A DNA stretch of 64,000 nucleotides from Diplonema japonicum (taxonomy: Eukaryota > Protista > Euglenozoa: Diplonemea), in the NCBI GenBank assembly GCA_964019335.1, contig OZ025698.1, positions 434,001 to 498,000 of the forward strand. Reading direction: 5' to 3'. The notes under the pieces were generated by a model. That model was not told the origin of the DNA. It saw only the letters and a program-made list of their open reading frames with translations, and searched no databases. Shown here piece after piece: positions 49,696 to 59,358 of the stretch (the first letter of the stretch is position 1; the number at the start of each line of letters is the position of its first letter). The position numbers were made by a program, and so were the translations under genes.

Positions 49696-50898
49696 ATGCA
49701 GCCAAAGCGAAAGTCCCCATCTGTGACCTTTCAGGTGGTCCTCCCTTCCGAGACGATCACCGTCGAGGGGGAATCTGGTGAGCTGCTGACAGCGATAAAA
49801 AGCAAGATCGCACTGTCGAATGGGCTGCAACGAGATTCCTTCCACCTAACCTTTAATGAGGAAGAGGTGGGGGATGACGGCGATGAGAGGCTGGTCATGG
49901 ACCTTCCCTTCGAGGACCAGAGCACGCTTAAGGTAGTCTGCGACAAGAAACATTTGGCCCTGATGTCTCTGCGCGAGCTTGGAATCGAAGTAGAAGATGC
50001 GTCCGATCTTGACAACAGGTTTATCACCACCGACATCATCAATCTCTTGCTTGACACGGAAGAGAGCGGTTGGGAATTAAATGTGATGTTTCAGGCAGTG
50101 GATCTGGCCCGTGCAGAGTGCGTCCGGGTGCTCCTGGAGCGCTCCGATGTGGATCCCAACTCGCGAGATGATGAAGACTACACTCTCCTCCATACCGCTG
50201 CCGCTAGCCACATGAAAGGGCATGAAGAAGTCGTTGGTGTACTACTGGAGCACGGTGCCAATATTGAACAAGGTGACCCTCATGGTCTGACGGCGCTGCA
50301 TTATGTGTGCGCAGTGGGGTGCACAAAGGGAGGAGGACATGACGCAGCTAGCAGGCACAAAGTAGCATCCTTGTTGCTGGAGGAAGGCTTATACGTCGAT
50401 ACAGTTGTGGACTACTACGACGACGAGACTGTCCTCTTTGGTGTGGTCACTCCGTGGAGAAAGGGCTGCGAAGAGCTCGCCAAGTTGCTGTTGACCCACG
50501 AGGCTGATCCCAACTTAAGAAACACATATGGGAACACAGTGCTGAATCATCTTATTCTTTGCGGGAACAATTCACACACTGACGACAGCAAACACCGTAT
50601 GGTGTCCATTCTGCTCGACCACGGGGCGGATGTCAACAAAGGCCCAAATCTGTACCACGCTGTCGCTTGCGGACACAGAAACATCGCAGCCTTGCTCCTC
50701 GAACATGGTGCCGATGTCAATGCGAAGTGCAGTGGGAAAACTGCCTTGCTCCTCGCGGCGTTCAACAATGCTCTAGACATCGTGTGCCTTCTCCTAGAGC
50801 ACAATGCGGACACTTTTGCGAAGGACCAGGATGGGAGAACGGCACTGGATTTAACCAATGATGATGATGTGAAGATGAAGTTATCTCAGTCAACTTGA
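49696..50898 (+). CDS. Ubiquitin-like domain plus multiple ankyrin repeats
   Basis: Ubl N-terminus; repeats YTLLHTAA, GLTALHY, GNTVLNH, GKTALLLAA, GRTALD. Confidence 0.85.
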   Translation: MQPKRKSPSVTFQVVLPSETITVEGESGELLTAIKSKIALSNGLQRDSFHLTFNEEEVGDDGDERLVMDLPFEDQSTLKVVCDKKHLALMSLRELGIEVEDASDLDNRFITTDIINLLLDTEESGWELNVMFQAVDLARAECVRVLLERSDVDPNSRDDEDYTLLHTAAASHMKGHEEVVGVLLEHGANIEQGDPHGLTALHYVCAVGCTKGGGHDAASRHKVASLLLEEGLYVDTVVDYYDDETVLFGVVTPWRKGCEELAKLLLTHEADPNLRNTYGNTVLNHLILCGNNSHTDDSKHRMVSILLDHGADVNKGPNLYHAVACGHRNIAALLLEHGADVNAKCSGKTALLLAAFNNALDIVCLLLEHNADTFAKDQDGRTALDLTNDDDVKMKLSQST

Positions 50899-51390
50899 TT
50901 GGGGGGGGGGGGGGGAAGGAAAAAGAAAAAAGAGTGTGGAAAATGAACCCTACCTTCGACCTTGTTTTTTATTTCCTCCGAAGAGTTCTAAAAAGATGAG
51001 GGGGCATATGAGGGTTGCTTTCAACTTCTATTCGGCCTCTGAGTTGGACGTTTAGGAAACTCTTCTGGTGGATTCTGTCTCACATCGCCTTCTATTCAAT
51101 TACATTTCAGAGGAGATGCACCTTCTCGGTAGACTAGGAACACCGAGGAATTCCCGGTTTACGCATCTTTTTGAGGCAGACGAATCCCCTGAACAGAGGG
51201 GACACGTGCCGTCCACCGATGACGCAGACGAGGGGACTGACACCCCTGACTGCCCCAGGCACGCTGCGACACCAGAGAGAAAGGGTACGTAGGCTCGTAG
51301 GAGTTGCCACTAGGCAGACAACCCTACACACCACCCCCTCGCAGACAACACCCCTGCACAAGGTGAACCCTCCCGTAAAAAGGAAGGTAG

Positions 51391-53860
51391 AAGGCCAGTA
51401 CTAAGGGCCGTGCAATCTCATTCAACACCCCTTTCACCCCCTTTCCCACACCGTCACTCACTCCCTATCCCTACTCCCAAACCCCCAACACTACACCCCA
51501 TCTAAACGACGATGAAGTACTACCCAGCTTCTCAAGCCCTGGAAGCTGGGGTGACCGCAAAGGCAGCACATCATCACCACATCACCATCCCTCATCTTTC
51601 CCTCTCTCCTCGCACATTTCCTCCCCAAACAAGCACTCACAAACTCCCGTCTCTGGTGACGAAGTATTACCCAGTATCCAAAGGCCTGGACCTAGGGGTG
51701 ACCACACAGGCAATCTTCACTTTCGCAGAAATCCCGCAGCCAGCGGTCCGCACGGAAAACACTTACTGAGCTGCGGAGACATAGAAGCGAACCCCGGTCC
51801 AACCACCGAAAAGACAACAAGAGTTGAACACTCTCTCCCTCTACTTCCTCTCTCTCACAGGCACACTCTAACACAACACCACCACCCAACAACATCAACG
51901 TACTGTCTCTCAATATCAGATCCCTAACGGTGAGCACCACAGCGCAGCTGCTGAAGGGCATTGAGACACACAACATCGACGTGCTCCTACTCCAAGAGAC
52001 TTTCCTGAGGCCGTCAAAAGATATAACCGGAGTCTTCACTGGGTTCAAGGCATACCGCAGAGACCGAACACGACCGGTGAAAAGAGGAAAGCAAATCAGC
52101 GGAGGGGGTCTCGTCACACTGGTCAGAGAATCGATACCGTCGAAACAGATCGAAGTTCCTCAGAAACCCAGCGACGTGACGGAAAGACTCGACGTAGAGA
52201 TCTCGCTGCCCAACCGGAAGCCGTACAGACTCGTCAACCTGTACCTGCCTCCGACAACGGGTAGAGACGGCGACGACAGACCACCCCCCGAGAAATATTT
52301 CCGCCCAGCAGAGCTGCCTCATGACAGTCACACCATCATCGCCGGCGACATGAACGCCCACCACACGATGTGGGACAAAAGGGGCACACCGAACAAGCTG
52401 GGAGTAATACTGCACAGCTGGATGCTGCGATGGGGCTACAGCACATGGAACAAGAGCAGCGAAGCCACGATCCTGAACCCGTCAGGAAACCCAACCTCTC
52501 CGGACATGGTAATGAGCGGCGCAGAGTTCGACAAATCTTCTTGGAGGACGTTGCCAGCAATGGGCTCAGACCACGTCCCGATGTTCTTCAGTCTGAGAGG
52601 GGGAGTCAGCCAACCGACCAGAAGAGTACTCTACTCTTGGGGGAGGGAGGCAAGGAGCGCGTACAGGGAGACGATGGAAGAAAAGTGCAGCAGGCTGCTC
52701 AGGGCCAGAGACCCGATAAGGCTAAACGCTGAGTTTCGCACGCTTCTTCTATCGGCAACCGAATCGTGCGTCCCCAGGAAAGGACAGAAGAAAGGGAAGG
52801 TTTGGTGGAACGACGAGATTGACGCACTCGCAAGGCGACGAAGCACACTGAAGGCGAAGCTGTTGTCCGAGGATCACGACGGGAACGACGAAGACCTGGC
52901 ACGTCTAGCGGCGATGGAGGCAGAGCTGGACAGGGCGATATCGAGCGGGAAGCAGGCTGCCTGGGGCGACTACACCAAGAAGTTGTCCAAGGACGGAAAC
53001 CTGTCGCAAGCCTTCTCGGTCATCCGCAGATTCGACGGTCGCAGCGAGAAGCCACCAGTAGCCCCGCTCCGACGAGGAAACGGTATCGCCACCACCGACA
53101 GGGAGAAGGCCAGTGTACTCGTCGAACACTACGCGAGGGCCTGCTCCCCAAGGACGACTGCCAAGTCGGAGGAAGTGATCACCGCCATCAAGAAGGACGC
53201 GAAGCCCGGGACAGACAACGACTTCCCCCTGGTAACGAAGGACGAGCTGGACTCGGTGCTGCGAAGGCTGAAGAAGGGCAAGGCTCCGGGCCCAGACGGC
53301 ATCTACAACGAAATGCTGAAGTACCTGGGACCTGTGGCCAGGGAAGTTCTACTCCTCCTCTACAACTCATCCCTCCAGACCGGTGTCGTCCCTGCCGAAT
53401 GGAGGCGGTCTTCCATCATCCCCCTCATGAAAAAGGGCAAAGACCAATCCGAACCCGCCTCGTACAGGCCGATCGCGCTGACGTCAAACATCGTGAAGAC
53501 GTTGGAGCGTATAGTCAAGGACAGGATGTGCTTCCTGCAGGACACAGGTCGGGTAAGGCAATTGCACACATCGCAGGCGGGTTTCCGCAAACGGAAAGGG
53601 AGGTCCACGGAGGAAAACGTGCTGTACGCCGCCTCAAAGCTCAAAAGTGTCAGGCTGAGCCAAGGTCTGGGGAGTCTCCTGCTGTTCGACTTCAAAGGAG
53701 CCTTCGACACAGCCTGGCACAAGGGAGTGATCGCAAAGCTGATAGGCGACGGTTACCCTCCCAAGCTCGTGAAATGGATCACCTCTTTCCTCGACCAATG
53801 TAAAGCCTCCATCTGTGTGAACGGGGAACACGGCTGCGTGAAGACAATGACAGGGGCCTC
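51391..53860 (+). mobile_element. 5' part of an Ingi/I-group non-LTR retroposon (2A motif, APE endonuclease, N-terminal RT), broken inside RT
   Basis: LLSCGDIEANPGP at 51763-51801. APE motifs LNIRSL, LQET, AGDMNAHH, GSDH; RT motifs KAPGPDGI, SYRPIALTS, QAGFR, DFKGAFD. Stops just before the PQG motif. The 5' boundary is uncertain. Confidence 0.85.
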
Positions 53861-53910
53861 GCCTGGTAGTGGAATATTTATTATTATTTATTCCAAGGAA
53901 TTCCGTATCC

Positions 53911-55558
53911 TCTCATGTCCTGCCGGTGTTCACCTACTCGATAGGCATCTTCTTCGCGATGATGACCACCCAGGACAGGAAGACGATGTGCATGAAACAC
54001 GCGGGGGCGGCCCGTCGTATCACAGGGTGCGTCAAAAACACCTCCACCTCAGCCGTCATGTGCGAAGCCCGCTTACGCCCCCTCGACCTGATGGCCGATG
54101 CAGCGTCTGCTGTCCTATGGCAGAGGGCGCTAAGATGGGAAGGGACCCCGGTGAACAAGGTGGTCAGGGGTGCGGCGACCACAGGATGGACGAAAAGAGC
54201 GCTGGACACGGCAAGGAAATCCGGGCTCGGAACGGCGGCCTCCCAGCTCTTAGGGAGCACAACGAAGGCACCACCCTGGGTGGAAGGTATCCGAGTAGAC
54301 CCCTACGCCACCGACACACGGAGGGCACTACCCGACGACGTAAGGGCGGCTGCGGCTGCGAAAAAACTGGCAGAGATTCCCAGCGATGCCTTGGTTGTGT
54401 ACACGGACGGCTCGGTGGCGGGGGGAAGAGGAGGTGCAGGGGTCGCCATCAAGGTCCCTGACCTGGACTTCACCCTCACCACCTCGCATGGGGCCGGCGC
54501 GGTCTCCACACCCATGTGCGCCGAAGGCACCGCTATCCTGAAGGGGCTGCAGGAAGCCGGGGAGGTGTACAGGACGGCTGCGAGTCTGCGGGGGCGCCCC
54601 CTCTACCTGCTCACGGTCCCAATCGATGCTAAGGGGGCTCGCCGGTGGCCCCGGCCGACAGAGGGAGATCACGGACAGACGGATCTGGGACGCCGCTTCG
54701 TGGCTCAGGACCAAGCGCTCTGGAGACGTGCATTTCTGGTTTGTTCCCTCTCACTGCGGTGTAGCGGGGAACGAAAAGCAATCCTGTGGAGTCAGCTACC
54801 GCTCCAGCAAAGCGGCCGTGAAGGCATGGCTGAGGGGAACGACGCTCCAGGCCATCACAGCCTCGTTACGAATGGCGACAGTCTCCCACTCCCTCCTCTG
54901 TAGGAGGGACGAGGTCCAGATCATACGACTCCGGACCGGGCAAACTCCCCTGATGAGAGGGTACCTACAGCTCAGGGGGCCCCTCAGGGCTTCGAGGGAT
55001 CACCACCTCACCTGCCCCGCATGCGGCGTTCACTCTCCGCTAGACGCCGATCACCTGCTCAGGAGCTGTCCTTCCCTGGCCCCCGCTGCGAGAACCTTCT
55101 TCGACACTAGGCTGCCGCTCCGCGCGCTGCTTTCCAAGCACTCCGCCGAGGTCTGCGCCTTCATCGAGGCCTCCGGGTTCTTAACATGGTCCGAGTGTGG
55201 GATCCTCCCCCCGACCAACGCTGCTCACGGGTGAACATGAGCCCAAAATAGACCCCCCTTTTTCTTTTCCCAAACTCCCTGCCTCTCTTCCCCCCCCACA
55301 CACACACACACAACCACAAAACGGGCCAAAGAACGCCTCCCAAGAGATGGTCACGGATGGCCGGGAGGGCGCAGGACGCAGCACGAGGACGCTCCTGCGT
55401 TGAATCTCGAGGGGTTCGCCCCGCATGTAATCAGCCAAGTCGGGCTGTCCCACGCAAGGGGAACGGAGAGCTGGAGGGATGGTTTATGGTTTCAACTTTC
55501 TCCGCCCCCATCCCCCCCGCCTGGTAGTGGAATAATTATTATTATTATTCAAAAAAAA
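53911..55558 (+). mobile_element. 5'-truncated non-LTR retroposon, family A (RT thumb, frameshifted RNase H, Cys/His knuckle, 3' UTR, tail)
   Basis: ARRITGC, VYTDGS, WFVPSHCGVAGNE, RLRTG, CPAC...HLLRSCP. Ends in GCCTGGTAGTGGAATA(ATT)nC(A)8. A copy of this tail also lies at ~53860-53900. Confidence 0.8.
55425..55480 (+). ncRNA. Conserved structured 3'-UTR RNA motif (family A copy; family B copies at 56159-56213, 63733-63787, 63968-64000)
   Basis: ATGTAA-T(T)-CAGCC-N6-GGCTG-TCCCA..GCA is shared by otherwise unalignable UTRs. The loop differs completely (AAGTCG vs CTCTTC). Confidence 0.55.
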
Positions 55559-55567
55559 TCCGTATCC

Positions 55568-56348
55568 CTGCAGACTGCTGGCCCGAACAGGAAGCACAAG
55601 GGTGTGCTCCGGTGCCCAGCCTGCCACGCAGCGCCGATGTCCAGGGAGCATGTTGTCGGTGGGTGCCCTGTGATCGGGAGGGGGGCGATCGACACTCCTG
55701 CTGGTACTCCCTCCCTAGCGTTCTCCCTGTCGAGACGCGTGACCCAGATCTACGACCTCATTGTTGAGTCTGGCCTGCTCGCCTGGTCACGCTCCGGACT
55801 GTTCACCTCGCCATCATCCCTGGCGTCTACAGACGTCACTGCACCTTCAAACGTGCCGCCCCCTCCTCCGGTCTCTCTTGACGCCGGTCCCGCGGCCCCC
55901 GTGCTGCGCTAAGGGATCGCCCCGCGTGTGTGTAAAGTGAAATGTTGTGTTTTCCACTTTCCTTTCCCTTCCTTTCCCTTCCTTCCCCTTCCTCTCACTG
56001 TTTCCCATTTCCCCTTTTTTTTATTTTCACACTCACCAATGATTCGCTCAATAGGAGCAATACCTCCCTGGGGGGCTTTCCGCCGGAGGTTCCAGCCAAA
56101 GAAGGACATCCAGCTGGAAGGTAGGCCCCCGTTTTTCTCTCACTTGACTGAGGGAATAATGTAATTCAGCCCTCTTCGGCTGTCCCAAAGCAGAGCACGG
56201 GTTGGTGGGGGACCAGGGCTCCTCCTGCTTGCAGAAGCCTGGTCCTTTGCCCTCCCTATTTCCCCATGGTTTCCCTTCACCTTTTTTTTCCCTTTTCTCA
56301 GGTGTTGCTCTCCATGGCGGCCCTGCATTGGTATTTTGAAAAAAAAAA
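55568..56348 (+). mobile_element. 5'-truncated copy of family B retroposon (ORF2 end, 3' UTR, A10 tail)
   Basis: Near-identical to 63166-63930 apart from a few substitutions and a 24-nt pyrimidine-repeat indel. Confidence 0.9.
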
Positions 56349-56445
56349 TCCGTATCCGCACAAGGAGAAGGCAAAGCCGGAAGGGAACGGGGCCAGCACG
56401 CAGCTGGCCCAGTCCAAGGCCAGGGAGGAGCGGCGGGTGGAGAGG

Positions 56446-59217
56446 ATGCTCCGCAGCGCTGGAGCAGCCGGGGAGCTGGGGCAGCTCCTGACACCGGAGC
56501 ACCGGGAGAAGATGACGGGGGTGGTCACCGTAATTGACCTCCTCACGCCCGACGCCGCCGCCGCTACAGCCGGCCCAGCGACACCTGTCGCCTCCACCCC
56601 GACCGGCTCCGTCAAAAGGCCGGTTTCGCCTGACGCCAGCGTCGCCACCCCGACCTCCAGCAAGAAAGCTAGGAGGAAGGCCGCCAGAGCCGCGCGCGCT
56701 GACGCTGCCGCCGAAGCCGCACACATAGCTGACGCCACACACCCCCTCGAAGCCGCACGCACTGCGGCCGACGTCGAACTCGCGGGAATCGCTGCTGATT
56801 TGGAAGCTGCACGCGAGTCGGCCGACGTGGTAGCTGCAGAAATAGCAGCTAAAATGAAGGCTGCGCAGGAGGTGGCTGATGCTGCTGTTGTCAAAATGGC
56901 AGCCGAGACGGAAGCTGCTCGCGTGGCTGGTGTGGAGGCTGCTCGCAGAGCAGTCGAGGCTGAGGAGAAGGCTCTGCGCGAGCGGTCTACTGCACGACTT
57001 GCGGCAGAGGAGAAGGAGGCTGCGCGTGCTGCGGCCGAGATGAAAGCAGCCGAGGAGAAGAAGGCTACAGCCGCAGCCGCTGCAGCCGAGAAGAAGCAAG
57101 CCGCAGCCGCCGCCGCCGAGAAGAAGGCCGACGCCGAGAAGAAAGCAGCAGCCGCCGCCGCCGCCGAGGAGAAGGCCGCCGCCGAGAAGAAAGCCGCAGC
57201 CGCCGCCGCCGAGAAGAAGGCCGCAGCCGACGCCGCCAGGAAGAAAGCTGCAGCCGCCGCCGCCGCCGCCGCCGCCGAGAAGGAGACCGCAGCCGCAGCC
57301 GCCGCCGCCGAGGAGAAGAAGAAGGTCGCAGCCACCGCCGCCGCCGAAAAGGAAGCCGCCGCCGCCGCTGCCAAAAAGGAGGAAGCTTTGAGGTTGGTGG
57401 CCGCCAAGAAGGCAGATGCCCAGAAGGTCGAGGACGAAGCAGTCGCGAACGCTTCCGCCAACGCGTCAACAGACCAAGGCACGCTCCTCCTTAGCTCAGA
57501 CTCTGACACCAGCTCTGGCCCTGAGGAGATGGAGGACGACCCTGCCCCTGCCCCTTCCACAACCCCGCGATGGGACCTGGTGCCAGACACATGGGACGCC
57601 CCAATCTACACCAACGTGTCCCCCCCGACGGAAACATCCCGCGCTGTCATTGCGCTCGACGATCCCTCCGGAATGGGGGTCGTGTGCTCCGCGTTACCTA
57701 CGGCATCCATCACCTTTGTCCTTATGACAGAGGTCCCCGGTGTCACCACCCCCAGCGAGATTGTCATGGTCTCTGGGTCGCGCGCAGTGAACAGGAGGGT
57801 CCACGTCTCCACGTTCGGGCTGGACCCCCCCACCTACACCCCGCCTTCCACCTTCAACAGCGGATCGGAGGTCGTCTACGTCTGTGTCAGTGCAGACAGC
57901 CTGAAGGAGGCGAAGGCCAGGGTCCTGGAGCTCGCCAAGGCTCAGGGCGCGGTGGTGGAGGATCGTGCGGTCTTCCGCCCAAGGAAGTTCGGTGAGGAGG
58001 AACCGCGGGCGAGGCACTGGACCCACGAGGTGGGACTGCGCCTGCAAGCAGCACACGTCCACGCCGTCCTGCGCCGGTCCGGGGACGGGTGCATGATCCG
58101 GACGACGGAGAGACGCGGGGGGTACGCTTATGTACCCATCGTGGCGGAAGGGAGGGCGGATGCCTTTCGGATTGCGGGGACGCTGGGTGGGTTGTCTCTC
58201 GGGGTGGCGCACCGTAAGGGATGGACTGTGCGGTGCCTACCGGAGACGGAACAGCGGCTCCGAGAAACCCTCGAAAAACTGCGTACGAAGCGCAAGTTTT
58301 TGCTCACCGGGGCCCCGCCGTCCATCACCAGGGCGGCCTTCGACGAAGTGATGGACCACATCGGTTGGAAACCATCCTCCGTCCTGCGACGCACGCAGAC
58401 GATGTTCCAGGGCACGAGGCAACTCGTGTTCTTCATCGTCGTCGACAGCCCGCCCCCGAAGTCCAGGACGTGGCTCCTTGGGGGGCGCCTTGTCTGCCTC
58501 CGTGATGCGGACGACCACCCGACCGTCAAGCCGCCCCCTCTCATCAACAGGACGACACCTGCATCTGCACCTGCGCTTGCAACGTCCTCGACCCCGGCAC
58601 CCACATCTTCTCATGTACCTGCACCTGCGCCTACTACACCTGTACCTGACCCGGCACCTGTATCGGCGTCGACACCCTCGGAGACTGGCCCTGCGGTGAA
58701 AGCAACTGGGCTTCCTCCCACCAGCCCGTGGGCGTCCATACCGAGCTCGGTGGCTCCCCCCCAGCTCGACACTGTGACGTCCCCTACACCGCCCCGCAAC
58801 GTGTCTGCGGGAAACAAGGAGGGAGTCCCTTCCGGGTCGCCTGAGGTCGCCGCTCTCACTGAGCTCGTCGCCACGCTGAAGGAGTCGATCGTCGGGCTGC
58901 AGAGGACGATCGACTCTCAGCAGGAGATGATCTCCGATCTGCGGACGACGCTCCGCCTCCTCCTGCCGCAGGCGGCCACGCTGACGACGGGAACGGCAGT
59001 GCCGCGGGACCCTACACCGGGGGCGACGACGACACACGACAGTGTCTGGAAAGGGAAGGGGAAGGGGAAGAAGGGGGCTCCTCCTCTCGCTACGACCTCT
59101 GAGGCTGCGGTGACGAACCTGGGTACGAGGGGGCGGGCCAGGTCGTTCGCGGAGACCAAAGATCTCTTCACCAATGGGGTCAAGGGGCGCTCTGCCTCCA
59201 TGGGTCCATCCAATTGA
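56446..59217 (+). CDS. Retroposon ORF1-like protein: Ala/Lys/Glu coiled coil, central alpha/beta region, Pro/Thr linker, second coiled coil
   Basis: Open frame from the element junction to TGA 59215-17, with (AAAAEKK)n repeats. First element-internal ATG is 56446; the true N-terminus may be truncated. Confidence 0.7.
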   Translation: MLRSAGAAGELGQLLTPEHREKMTGVVTVIDLLTPDAAAATAGPATPVASTPTGSVKRPVSPDASVATPTSSKKARRKAARAARADAAAEAAHIADATHPLEAARTAADVELAGIAADLEAARESADVVAAEIAAKMKAAQEVADAAVVKMAAETEAARVAGVEAARRAVEAEEKALRERSTARLAAEEKEAARAAAEMKAAEEKKATAAAAAAEKKQAAAAAAEKKADAEKKAAAAAAAEEKAAAEKKAAAAAAEKKAAADAARKKAAAAAAAAAAEKETAAAAAAAEEKKKVAATAAAEKEAAAAAAKKEEALRLVAAKKADAQKVEDEAVANASANASTDQGTLLLSSDSDTSSGPEEMEDDPAPAPSTTPRWDLVPDTWDAPIYTNVSPPTETSRAVIALDDPSGMGVVCSALPTASITFVLMTEVPGVTTPSEIVMVSGSRAVNRRVHVSTFGLDPPTYTPPSTFNSGSEVVYVCVSADSLKEAKARVLELAKAQGAVVEDRAVFRPRKFGEEEPRARHWTHEVGLRLQAAHVHAVLRRSGDGCMIRTTERRGGYAYVPIVAEGRADAFRIAGTLGGLSLGVAHRKGWTVRCLPETEQRLRETLEKLRTKRKFLLTGAPPSITRAAFDEVMDHIGWKPSSVLRRTQTMFQGTRQLVFFIVVDSPPPKSRTWLLGGRLVCLRDADDHPTVKPPPLINRTTPASAPALATSSTPAPTSSHVPAPAPTTPVPDPAPVSASTPSETGPAVKATGLPPTSPWASIPSSVAPPQLDTVTSPTPPRNVSAGNKEGVPSGSPEVAALTELVATLKESIVGLQRTIDSQQEMISDLRTTLRLLLPQAATLTTGTAVPRDPTPGATTTHDSVWKGKGKGKKGAPPLATTSEAAVTNLGTRGRARSFAETKDLFTNGVKGRSASMGPSN

Positions 59218-59358
59218 AGGGGCCCCGCAGAACAGGGGGAGCAGCAGATCTACGACCATGCTCCCTCTCCTAGTCTCCCTCGCATCCTCCCCAGGAGACT
59301 CCTACCTCTCTGTTTCTTCACCGACTTTTCTGCACTGATCCCCACCCTACTCGGGAGG

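Noticed and set aside
50978-51068. Possible hammerhead ribozyme (GAAGAGUU...GAAACUCUUC stem)
   Set aside because: No CUGANGA core lies between the arms.
53861-54461. C-terminal part of the 843-aa ORF 51930-54461
   Set aside because: After 53860 it reads through a tail/spacer junction into an off-frame part of another copy and is not RT sequence.
55413-55510. HDV-like fold for the 3'-UTR motif
   Set aside because: A P1/P3/L3 can be drawn in family A, but there is no J4/2-P2, and no P1 exists in family B.
56266-56357. ORF1 start at 56266 as given in the ORF track
   Set aside because: It lies in the upstream copy's 3' UTR, tail and spacer, so the N-terminus is chimeric.
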